Positions 12,291 through 24,480 of a DNA stretch of 64,000 nucleotides are shown piece by piece. A program made the translations under genes and the position numbers. The stretch is from Setoptus koraiensis (taxonomy: Eukaryota; Animalia; Arthropoda): contig CM106585.1 of the NCBI GenBank assembly GCA_048013815.1, positions 9,300,001 through 9,364,000 of the forward strand, read 5' to 3'. Positions within the stretch are counted from its first letter, which is position 1. Each line of letters begins with the position of its first letter. The notes beneath the pieces are model-generated. The model ran no database searches and was not told the origin of the DNA. It saw only the letters and a program-made list of their open reading frames with translations.

Positions 12291-12363
12291 CGCCCCACGT
12301 GGGGCTCGAACCCACGACCACCTGGTTAAGAGCCAGGTGCTCTACCGACTGAGCTAGCGAGGC
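12291..12363 (-). tRNA. tRNA-Lys(CTT): tRNA-Lys, anticodon CTT
   Basis: Reverse complement is GCCTCGCTAGCTCAGTCGGTAGAGCACCTGGCTCTTAACCAGGTGGTCGTGGGTTCGAGCCCCACGTGGGGCG, a 73-nt cloverleaf. Anticodon stem CCTGG/CCAGG with loop CTCTTAA. A and B boxes are intact and a T5 Pol III terminator follows at 12285-12281. Confidence 0.97.
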
Positions 12364-12924
12364 TTGTTGAGATCAATGCATCATTTGGTCACCCGTATCC
12401 CACTAGTAAAATATATCATATTACATTCAATCCATTATCGTGAACAGTCAATGTCATGTTTTCGTTGAGTAAATTCTACAATTGTTCCAATTGCTAGATA
12501 ATAATACTTTATCTTTTCAATCGACCCAGTTGTTGTTTGGATTCAAAGGAGTTGTACAATATGAATTAAAAGGTAGGATAGCCTAGATAACTTAGAGGAC
12601 AGCTAATCGAGACAAACTACTCTGATATTTTCAAATATGTCAAATCATTACGCAAACTCAGCTCATTGTTCTTCCATTCATGAAAGCTATACTTGTCATA
12701 TATTTTCTAGCTCATAATAGTTGCAGCTGAATTTTAGTGCTTTGACAGCAAGTAATTAGGATTATTATCACCAATCTAATTCATACGTATTAAGATAAAG
12801 TAATTACTAGGACACAACTCAAAAGCATTAAAATAAGTCATAGCAAAGGCCATAAAAACAGCAAAGAATAGCATTGCCCTGCTGGTAAAGGATCAGAGGT
12901 AAAAAGAAAAAAAAACAGCATTGA

Positions 12925-14406
<1,482 letters not shown>

Positions 14407-15212
14407 TCAATTGATCGAAAATTACGTAAAACTTTCCTACACAGGTAAACAAGTTGGAGAAGATTTGCAAGTCATTGTTCAATTATTTACCTACTATATT
14501 ACCATATATAGATATGCATATTATTTTAATGTCTAGTATTTCAAACAAAAAGAAAATAACAGCGACAGGATAATAATACCAATAATAATAAATTGCTGTG
14601 AGAGCATAGTTTACAATTTTTGGAGCAGACATATAAGTTGTTTCCTTGATCGCATGCAGCTACCGCCAAGTACAAAGACAGACTCATAACCGATGTGTAC
14701 TTAGAAATCATTCAAGTAGTGTCGTCAAGGATTGGGCTGTTCCTAATAACGACCTGACAGAAATCATTTGCACTCTCTCACACTAACACTAACACTCACA
14801 CAAACACACACACACCCTTACATACATAGATATGCGGATATAAATAATTGTTGCTTTTATTCTGGGCTTTTGACAAGTTCTTTTCAGTGAGACCTCATAC
14901 AGTCACCTTCAGACTTTTGAATGTCCATATTGATGATGGCGAAGCTGTTGTTGATAGTATCGGGGTGAAAGTATGTCGAAGTTTGTTGTTGCAGTATCAA
15001 AAGTAATAGAAATGTAGAGGCCGTGGAAAAACACAAAATCTTCTCCATGGAGGTACAATTCTTACCTGTTAGATATCGGCGCACGGCGAAGAACAACCAT
15101 TTGCTTGCGCGGACGAGCCGTCATCACCAGCGGAGGGAGAGGGGTCGTGCCGGTGTGATTTTTTTTTTGTACTTTCCCTTCCCTTTCCCATATCATTGTC
15201 GCTTTCCATTTC

Positions 15213-15818
15213 TCAACCAAGTACGTCTTCAATGAATTGCCAGCGCTTTAGTTTCATATGAACGTCAAACAGTATGTTCAGACTACCACTTTTCTGTTTC
15301 TTTTTCATGAGTTCTGTAATATCTGTGAGGGCGTGTTTCGCTAATTCCGATTTTGATAATTTGAACGGATTCTGCATTCGCATGCGTTGATGAAGTTGAT
15401 ATTTTGGTTGATTAATAAGTAACTTGTAGAACAGCCATCAGTGAGGAATCATGCAGTGATTGACGCAAGTTTTCAATTATACTTACATCTTCTCCAAGTT
15501 CGTCCTGACTCAGTTCTTGCTCACCGTAAGACGATGAATCTCTTTTTAGCTCTGCCGGCGGGTCCTCACCGCAACCACCATAGATGTTGCATAGAGTTCG
15601 CTTCTACATTTAACAATTGTGAGTGCGTTGATAATGTTGACAGTTTGCTTGATTAATAAATAACTTGTAGAGCAGCCATCAGTGAGGTATTATACTGATT
15701 GAAGCAAATATTTAATCATACTTACACTTGCTTGCAAAGGTAGGGCTTGCGAGGTCAACACTGAGCCAACACAAAATGTTGCTATCAAAAGGATTGCGAC
15801 ACCTTTTCTCGGGCCCAT
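15213..15818 (-). CDS. CCAP-like neuropeptide precursor 1, 3 exons (15818-15726, 15603-15487, 15371-15213), 122 aa
   Basis: Two phase-0 GTAAGT..AG introns join into one frame: signal peptide MGPRKGVAILLIATFCVGSVLTSQA, then LPLQAS-KR-TLCNIYGGCGEDPPAEL-KR-DSSSYGEQELSQDELGEDNPFKLSKSELAKHALTDITELMKKKQKSGSLNILFDVHMKLKRWQFIEDVLG*. The C-N-x-x-x-G-C ring after KR matches CCAP (PFCNAFTGC). Not present in the ORF track. Confidence 0.8.
15372..15725 (-). repeat. Pair of homologous introns (15725-15604 and 15486-15372) in the CCAP-like precursor 1 gene
   Basis: A hand alignment gives 87 of 104 positions identical from the GTAAGT donors inward. The acceptors are similar (AATGTAG vs AATGCAG). The flanking exon sequences do not align. 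Confidence 0.9.
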
Positions 15819-17250
15819 CGTATTGTTTTATCGCTAGGTCACGCTAGTTATTTGTGATAGCAACAAATAATATCGTAGATGGATAATCAACTGTTGTCCG
15901 ACAGATGCCAAGAACTAATAGTGGAATGCTGGAGAACTAATTTTCAAGTTTCTTGTTGACACTAATACATGTATACTGTCTTGAAGTGACTTACGCTACA
16001 CCTAGACATGAAACGTAATATATAATTCACACTATCATAATGTTACGTTACTGCATACAACTCGTTTGTTCTCTGTATTGGATAACTCTCAATGTTGTCA
16101 GTTGAAATCGGCGCAATGCTTCAGCCACCTTGTCGGACCCTCAGTTAGATCGTGGTCGCATTTATATTATGCCGATAACAAGCATGCGATCTAATAATGT
16201 TAGGCTATCTGCCTTTCCCATTTCATGTGGTAAGCTCCTCATAGTTGGAGCCCAACAAAAAAGTTGAGCACTGAGCAAGTGGGCCACACTATTTTATTGA
16301 GTAATTATTTCCATATGCGCTAAACTTTTGCATGCCATTGATTGAAACAGCTATTTCCATCTAGTTGAGCGTTTATTTCATTCTCAATCTGAATAATCTC
16401 TTTTACAGTTTGTTTGTCCATCATTGGCGCTCTCCAAATCATTGTCCAGTCCAGTGTGTTAGTGGCTCAGTAAAATTATATGATTTAGTGCTAGTCTCTT
16501 TTTCATTTGGTGATTGCTTTGCTGCGAGCGAGTGGAACAATGGCAGTTGCGTATGGAGAGTAGTAATGAATGAAATTAATATTACCACTGGCAGTTATTT
16601 AATGAACTTTATAATCAATATAAAACAAAAGCACAGTTGGAAGAAACTTATAGAGATTGGTTTAGAGACTGTATTCTTTTAGCCACTCTCACTGGCTTAA
16701 GTATCTCTAACTAAGCCAATTTATGAAAGATGTTACTACTACTAATAGCTGAAATTAGTAAACTTCGGGAACAATTTCTCTCAGTGTGGCATCATGAAGA
16801 CTACATAATCTGAATCAGTGGCCCAATAAATTTCAGTCCTTTTTAGACCACTTTCCGTTTCAATAGCCTCCTGTGACGCACTTGTGAAGCAGATCTTAAC
16901 GAGATTGACATTCTCCCACATCTTATGACTTCGAATAGATTGGGTAGAACAGCTCCCATGATGATCGACTCAGTTGATAATGTCATCCGAGGCCAGATCT
17001 ATCGCCACCTAGCTCACAAAAGAAAATGAATGAGTAATTTAATGAATAGCCCAATATCAGCTAACAGACACAGGCTTCGTCGGAAAGCTTTCTAGTTTTA
17101 GTCTGTTGCGATAGAATTCAAGTTACGGCTGCATTAATTACAACTCACGATCCAGCATTCCGGCAAGAATGGACTGGCTTCACTTTATTTTGTTCGTTCA
17201 AACTGTTTTTGGGTAACAAACAGACTCAAAAACATTGTCCGTTCTCTTGT

Positions 17251-18661
17251 CTATCTCAGGTGCATCATTGTGGAAGTTAACATAAGGCAAACAAACATGC
17301 AGATGAAATTGAAATTAACTGCCGCTGTTGCGGAAGGTGCAGCTCCTGATGTTTGATGCAATGAATAGTGATCTCCAGAAAATTTGTCATTCGTTTGAGC
17401 CACGAGTCTCACAGGTGAGCCAGATGCTGTCTCAATCGGCAATGGTAAAGCGCTTAGTCTAATAGATGTTGCGTTGATAAGCTGTTTCAGATTTGAACTA
17501 ACATTTTCCAAAATGTAAACATTGGCATTACAGAAAATTACATGAGCTATTGGATCCATGTTGTTCTCTGAGTCGATCGAGCTGCTTCCGTCTGCCGATG
17601 GTGCATCCAAACCGACTCCGATAACTGCCCGGTTGTCTACTAGAAATAAGGCCGCTTCTTTGGTGAAGCCGGGTATTTTCAGGTCGGATAAATTTTTAGT
17701 ATCGCTGCCGAAATAATCGCTGGCGCCCTTTGACCAAAATTCGCTAATTCCGGTATATATTAGAACCTGAATAATTGGTGATAATGAGTTATTCGATGCA
17801 TGATTAGAAAAGTTGCAACATGATTTGGGAGTGCCTTTTTTCATTTTATCAATCAACAAGTGACCTACCACTGAATTGTTGGCAATCTTTGACTTGCTCT
17901 TGTTCTCAAATTCCTCCAGGTCTTCTCTTGTGAACTGATACGTTCGATTCCTGTTCAAGATGAGTGGATTTATATCTCAATTAGTGAATGGGGTATGATG
18001 AATAGAGTTAATGAGATAGAGAGGTGCATAAGATATACTTACTTTGTAACCTTGTCACTCAAGTCGATCACGTAGGCAGGAACATTCACCAATCTGTCCA
18101 GCGGTATCTTATCGATAGACCATTTATCTGATAGGGAAGGGTATTAAATACATTTGGTTAGATTAGACAAACATCGCTGAACAAGTATATTGAGGTCAAG
18201 TAATGATAGATGGTGGCTTGGCCAGATACAAACCTTGGGCGAAATGAATGGGTGCATCCATGTGAGTGCCAGAATGGAGATCCATTTCGAGCCGGTCGCT
18301 CTTAACGCTGATATGGTCAGATGGGATAATGATGCATTTTGAGAAGTTTGATCAAGATTGAAAATAGTTAATGTTAGTTAAGTAGAGTATATTCTGGTCG
18401 TGGCACGTGAGTAGAATTGCGTGTCAATACTAACTAGTAGGTTTCGTTCTTGTTGAATGCCTTCGATTTGGGTCCACTTGTTAGGATTCTGTATGATACA
18501 TCTTGCAGCGAAACCCAATGCAAGGTTTCGTTATTGATGGCGTAACTCAATTCAATGAATTCCGGTCCATGATGATGGTGAAAACAGTTGATAACAAGCG
18601 CTAGACTTGCCAATAGCAACAATACTGGCAGGCACATAGTCGTTTTATTGTTGAGTATCAT
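17251..18661 (-). CDS. Cyclase family (PF04199-type; kynurenine formamidase KynB / isatin hydrolase-like) metallohydrolase, signal peptide plus probable GPI signal; 5 exons (18661-18435, 18307-18234, 18127-18043, 17950-17869, 17766-17251), about 327 aa
   Basis: GT-AG introns of 127, 106, 92 and 102 nt join in frame. Motifs: signature HSGTHMDAPIHF, DKIPLDRL, VLIYTG, PGFTKEAA, GVGLDAPSAD, AHVIF...ILENV and ALPLPIETASGSPVRLVA. N-terminal signal MCLPVLLLLASLALVINC and a hydrophobic C-terminal tail. Confidence 0.92.
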
Positions 18662-21600
18662 TTTGTTTATGTTGCGTACTATTGGGAACTTGGATGCTTC
18701 AATTTTAATTAAGTTTGCTTGTAAATAAAATGAGAGTTATGAATTGACAATTTATTTGTTTGATGTGAAGTGTTCGACAATCAGAGTGCTAATGATACTT
18801 CAGACGCAATTACTTGGCTTCATATACGTACTGTCTGGACGTTTGATTGAATTGCTACTGCGGCCAGTTTTCTGCATGTTCCATTACAATGAATCAATGC
18901 TGTGAGAGTGATATGACGATATGACGAAATGTGTTTTAATCATCAAGGCGCAAACTGGGCTTGTCTCAAAACTATGTTGCCTCACACGATTACAACTGCA
19001 ACGAGTTAAGTTGGTTTGCTGTTGGAAACATTGACGACAAACGGACAAACGGATCGCATGTACAAATATCAGTCTGTATATCAGTGATGAACAGACTCTA
19101 TGATGCTAGCTAATAATCACTTTTGACGCCCATATATATTCTCTCGTCGCGTCTGTATTTGTTTGTTTATTTGTATTTCGTTTTGGAGCACATTCGTCTT
19201 TGGGGAAAGCTCTAAAATATGATGCCATTACAATGAGAATTTGGCGCTAGTCTTGTGCTTCTCAACTGAACGATTGTTCACAGTGTGTCTGTCTGTAAAC
19301 TTTAGATGATGTCAGCGAGTTGACATTTGAGTGATAAAGAAGATGAAGAAGAGTGAGCATCTCTCATGTGTATAGTTCATCATGTGTATGAGCCCAGCCA
19401 GTGCCCAATTCGACACTGCACACACTGGCATGCAAATTATCACCATAATGATAAAATCAAAAGTTTTCATTTGCGAATAAGAGACCAGTGTCAAATGTTC
19501 GCAACAAACTAATCGATAGAGAGATTATCTGGTGCATAGGCCAAATTCCAGACAATCGAAAGAACACCAATTGAGGCAGAGATCTCTAGTGGCCAATTGA
19601 GCTGGCTGCTAGCTTTTGTTAGATCAAGAGTGTCGGTCGGTGATTGAGTGAATCAACAGTCGAGTGTAGTATGTTTTACACATTTCCAGTCAACCTTTCA
19701 AAATCGTGCCGATCGCCAGCTAGAGAGACTGGGCGAAAAACCAAAATTTTTGTTTATTTAACAAAGTCGTTGCGGATTTACAAAGTATCACGCCTGTGTC
19801 CCGCTCGATGCAGATAAATACATCGTTGTGCGTAATGTACAAAGACAAAATAAATTCATCACTAGCTGAATAAAGATCATGATTTTGAATCATTCTCAAG
19901 TCAATCATTCCAGAGCTGTTTTCAATATGAGAGAGGGCCCTTAAAGTTCAAATGCCACAGCTACAGTCTTGGGGCGCGATGCTGCTGTAAAAACAATGTT
20001 TGCATTGTTGTTACTATCACATAGCGCTGGATTCACATAATAATAACAATGTTGAGTTATGTAATGTGTCTAGGATACTGTGTGATACCAAGTGCTCATC
20101 TGATTTTACGCAATTCGCGAATTGCGTAAAGTCCGCAAGGGTCCGCTTCTTGCTTTCATTGTGATGGCCCAGTTGAAGGCGCGTTATTGGACCATAGCCT
20201 GCGCCGCCTGATCAACCGTGCCAATTATACATTTAACGAGACACCGCAAACTAAAATTGCTTGCATTTGAGGCCCTGCAGATGCCCCTTGCGGATCTTTT
20301 TCACACTTGCGACGAAAGTGTGAAAATATCGAAGCTAACTCATCACAGTTATTTTTTTATCCTTTAACTTTTCACTTTTACTTGCTGGTTTTGCTTTGTG
20401 GATACAATGAAACGGATCATCGAGCGTGAATGAATGATGAAGGCAATTTTACATTGTGTGCTTTATCCTACTCGAGGAAGATAACCGTTGGGTCAACGAC
20501 CCAACAAGCAGCCTCTAACGAGACTACAAAGTGTGAGAGACTAACCCTAGCTTAGTAATTGAAGCCTAAGAGAAGACATATTGTCATAATGTAAAACAAC
20601 GATAAATAAGAGAATAAGAGACCAATGCAAAGACAATTCCCGTAGAAATGATTGGATAAGTTCGTCAGTTTCTAATTGGACGTAACATCAACATTGGTGT
20701 CTGGTGTTAGCTAATGTTGTTGACTAATTGCGATGACTGAACGTCAATTGTCACCAACTAATTGTGTCTATTCAAAGTTATACTAAACAAGTCTTGACTA
20801 TCTGAGCGCTACTAACTCGCTATCATGATGGGCTCATGTGGCGAAATTTGCCTATCCACGTACACCATTAAACGATTACCACAAAAACTTGGTGTCATCG
20901 TTTCGACTAATGAATCGTCAATGAAATGACACTATTGACGATCTTTGATCGGCGCATCCGGTTACAACTCAATGGCGCTCCTTGTTTATCAAGCTAAAAA
21001 TTGAATGCTAAATAATGTTGAAAGAGGGACGAAAATTGACCGTATTCTGAGTGCATATTGAGGAAATTTTTATCGCAGTCATAATTAATTATCTAGGTGA
21101 ATGCAAGATCAAACTGCAAATCACCTGATAAAAACAGATTATCGGACTATAGACAAGTTGATCAAACTAAATTGGAAATTCTATTGAATTTTATTGATCC
21201 GCAAACTGACGTGCTACGATCAGAGCGCATTCAAAGTTTTTCGATTAGAATCAACGCAATTATTGGCTAGCGGTTCGGTCATGAATAATTATGGCGAGAC
21301 GTGCTTTATCTGTGAGAGGGGCCTCCTATACCTTTGTTCCACTTGATGTATTGTAGATGTTGTTTTGTCCGTGTATACAATGTTGTAACAATGTTTACAT
21401 GTACAAATGCATATTTATATAAAATATCTAAATATGTATATGATGGAATAACTGTGGCTGAAAGAATGTTAGTTAGATAAGGAATTCTCGCTACAGTAAC
21501 AATATATTTGCATAGCAGCAGTGGACAGGGGACGATTAACGCCACACAGCGCCATTGTTTTTGTTTGTTGTTGGTCTGGCTGGCCCCTTTACGCAGCTTA

Positions 21601-22598
21601 TCAGAGCTTAGTTTCTTCTGTGTGATCATTGTGAGCCATCTTGTACTGTATTCACTGCGAGCATATATTGTAGTGCCGATTGTTTGGATGGGCTGCTCTG
21701 ATAGTGAGAGAAACATTATTTAGTAGTAGTAGTAGTATACGGTAAGCGATAAAGATTATCGCTTGTTCGTAATTCACCTGTATTCGACGGATCACAGCGA
21801 CGATAACGCGAATATAAGTGATAAATAGTGTGCTGCGTCTAGCCAACTACAACAGTGATTTTGGGATACTCAAGTTTGGGACTACATTGATATATGAGGA
21901 AGTGGCCCATGATTCGAATGCCACCCCCGTAACTGGGGTGTTGATGGTTTATCTAGACCAATGGTGTTGGCTCAAAATGTCAATATATGTAAATGTAGAT
22001 GATCGACGTCTAGGTAATAGGCGACACTCTTGGTCAGGTGTTGTTATCTGCTGGGTAACATAGTGCACAAGTGCGAGTGTAGGTGGCTTTTGTACTGTAT
22101 GTGAGTGTGATTTGCATAAATCACAGACACACGTGGATCAGTAATCTTGGATCAGTCTAGACGAAACAAAACAAACAACAAAGAATGAGCTACCTCAAAC
22201 AATGACGCCACAGTTACATAGCGACTTGCCATTCAATTGTGCCTCATTTTTGTATTTAGATGTGATTGAATAATGCATAATTCTCAATACTTGCATACAC
22301 TTTGGATGCTTAATTTACTGGTAGCCAGATAGACGGATATTTGGGTCATGTGGCGACGACGCGACCCATTTAGTGCGTGATGGTGTCGTGATGAATGGTG
22401 TCGTGGTTGAACGGATTTTGGTCAGTTGAACAATCGCAATCAAACAGTCAGCAACATTTTATTTTACTATTGAGTTATTTATTTATCAAATAAATATTCA
22501 TAAATAAATAAACGACAAGTATAGTGTTTTAAGTGAGTGAGCCTATTGGAAATACAACCAGAGTTATACAACAAAACCCACCGTTTTCTGCCTAGTCA

Positions 22599-23273
22599 AT
22601 GCCAGTTATTGTGAAAGAACACAAAATGCTCTCAATCAGTTTTCTACTAATTAGCGGCATTATTATAATGCGAACAAACCACATCTATTGTGATGATACG
22701 GCGAATCGCGGCCAGATCACCGATCTGGCGGCCATCAAACGGGGCCCCGGGTTGTCACAGCAGAAGCAGCAACAACAACAGCAACAACCACAAAAGCAAA
22801 CACCTTCAGCGACATTAAGCGACAAAAGAGCTGCCAACAGTGAATCAACAATAAAAGTGACCACTGACAGTGACCGCTTGCAAAACTTACTAAAAAGACG
22901 CTCCAAGAGGCCATTTTGTAATATTTATATGGGTTGTACGTCGCACATAACAGGCTCACAACACGACAATAGCAATAATAATAATGATAATAATAATAAG
23001 ATAAATAATATGGACAAAAAAGTGTCCTCTACTTTTGAGGATGTCATACAAGACATCATATGGTCGTATCCCAGCAAACATTCGTCGCATCATCGCTCGG
23101 TACAATCGCTGCCAACGGTGGTGACACAACAGCAAGTTCCTTCGTATCGTCAGCAGTTGGGCGCTAAACAACTGGTAGACTGGGTATTGAGTAGAAGTAG
23201 CAATAATGATTATAATATCCTCAGAGACAGCGATGTCATAAATGTAATCGAGGCCGGGGTTGAGTTTGATTAG
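22599..23273 (+). CDS. CCAP-like neuropeptide precursor 2, single ORF of 224 aa (215 aa from Met at 22626)
   Basis: Hydrophobic signal MLSISFLLISGIIIMRTNHIYC, several KR sites, and KRRSKR-PFCNIYMGC at 22911-22937. PFCN and GC match CCAP exactly. Confidence 0.7.
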   Translation: MPVIVKEHKMLSISFLLISGIIIMRTNHIYCDDTANRGQITDLAAIKRGPGLSQQKQQQQQQQPQKQTPSATLSDKRAANSESTIKVTTDSDRLQNLLKRRSKRPFCNIYMGCTSHITGSQHDNSNNNNDNNNKINNMDKKVSSTFEDVIQDIIWSYPSKHSSHHRSVQSLPTVVTQQQVPSYRQQLGAKQLVDWVLSRSSNNDYNILRDSDVINVIEAGVEFD

Positions 23274-23480
23274 GGGCCAGTGTCTAATGGATAGTGCGTG
23301 TCAGCAGTGGGCAGTACAACACTTGCGAGATCTGTGGTGCGGACAACAACCTCGACTACATCAAAAGTATGGATATCCTGCGACAATTACAGCCAACGAA
23401 TGGTTGTTTCCGGTGTCGTCGTTGTTGTTTATGTTGGTGGTGGCGGCGGTGTTGGTGGCGGTGGCGCGGCCGGTGTTGCG

Positions 23481-24433
23481 TCAATAGTAGTATGTATTAT
23501 ATCGTCTATATCCTGGCGGTAGTAGTAGATTTAAAGTTAGTTTAGCACAATATTACAAGTGCAAACAATTTGTATGCAAACATGTTACAGCATAAAGTAG
23601 CGTAATAATCATTTATTAAATGTAATAACAATAACAATCAATAGCAGTCATATTGATTATAAAGAGAGGCAGCAAATGAGATAATTAACATGGCTCACGG
23701 TGATTCACGGGCCCCAGCGCATACTTACCGATGGGCAAAATATAGGGTGTCAAAATAATGGGTCTTGGCGGCAGCGGCGGCGGCAGCGGGGCTGGCGAGG
23801 GCGGCGGCGCCGCAAACACAAGCGCCGCCGACCGGCTCGACAAATATCGTTTCTCATGGTGGCTTGCGTCGGCTATTGGCCCATTGAGCCACTTAATAGG
23901 ATTGCGGATGTTGCCACCAGGATAGAATGGTTGCGGCCTGGCGTTGGGCAGTTGCTATCGGATTGGATTGATTAATTGGATTGGGTTAATTAATCGGATT
24001 GGATTAATTGATTGGATTAATCAATTGAGTGCAATTAATTACACGACGCGTGGGCGTAGCTTACCTTTCTGCAATGGTAAATGAGACAAGTGGCCTGTCT
24101 GACGCTCAGTAGTGAGGCTGTTAATTCCTTCATTCTCGTGTAGCCTGTGCAACCGATCACTGTCAACGGAAACTCTTGTCTATCACACAAGACACATTGA
24201 CTGGACAATTTAATGGGATCGCTGCTTGCAATGCATAACCTTACCACTTTTGGATTGTAGTTGTGTGAATTGTAGCAAAATGATAGTTGTAAAAATAACA
24301 CTGAAACTGATACAAACGCTAATAAACAAGTAATAAATAATTGTCCTGAATAACTGCTGTAATTGTTGACTGTGGTTGTTGGTGTTGGTGTTGCCGTTGT
24401 TGGTGTGGCCGTTGATTGAGGGGACATGTTCAT
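23481..24433 (-). CDS. Orphan secreted or membrane Cys-rich and Pro-rich precursor-like protein, 3 exons (24433-24065, 23954-23729, 23512-23481), 208 aa
   Basis: Donors AAG|GTAAGC (24064) and G|GTAAGT (23728) and acceptors GATAG (23955) and GCCAG (23513, CTAAC branch) join three open segments in phase. The product has a hydrophobic stretch LFITCLLAFVSVSVLFLQLSF, a 6-Cys domain ending CRK, then QLPNARPQPFYPGG...HHEKR, APPPSPAPLPPPLPPRP and GYRRYNTYYY*. I recognise no family. Confidence 0.55.
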
Positions 24434-24480
24434 TAGTGTGTGTTCATTAGTGACTGTTAATTAGTGACTGCTCATTAGTG
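24430..24480. repeat. Four copies of a 14-bp unit containing TCATTAGTG / TAATTAGTG
   Basis: The motif starts at 24430, 24444, 24458 and 24472, an exact 14-bp period. Confidence 0.85.

Noticed and set aside
16365-17030. Several open segments on both strands between CCAP-like 1 and the cyclase gene, including one with NRLGR
   Set aside because: I could not join them into a consistent spliced frame with a start and signal peptide.
19312-19494. Short ORF with a signal-peptide-like N-terminus (MKTFDFIIMVIICMPV)
   Set aside because: It has no donor site or continuation and is only about 50 codons long, which fits chance.
20298-20326. 11-bp hairpin TTTTCACACTT/AAGTGTGAAAA
   Set aside because: It is isolated and AT-rich, has no terminator role in a eukaryote, and is too short for a pre-miRNA.
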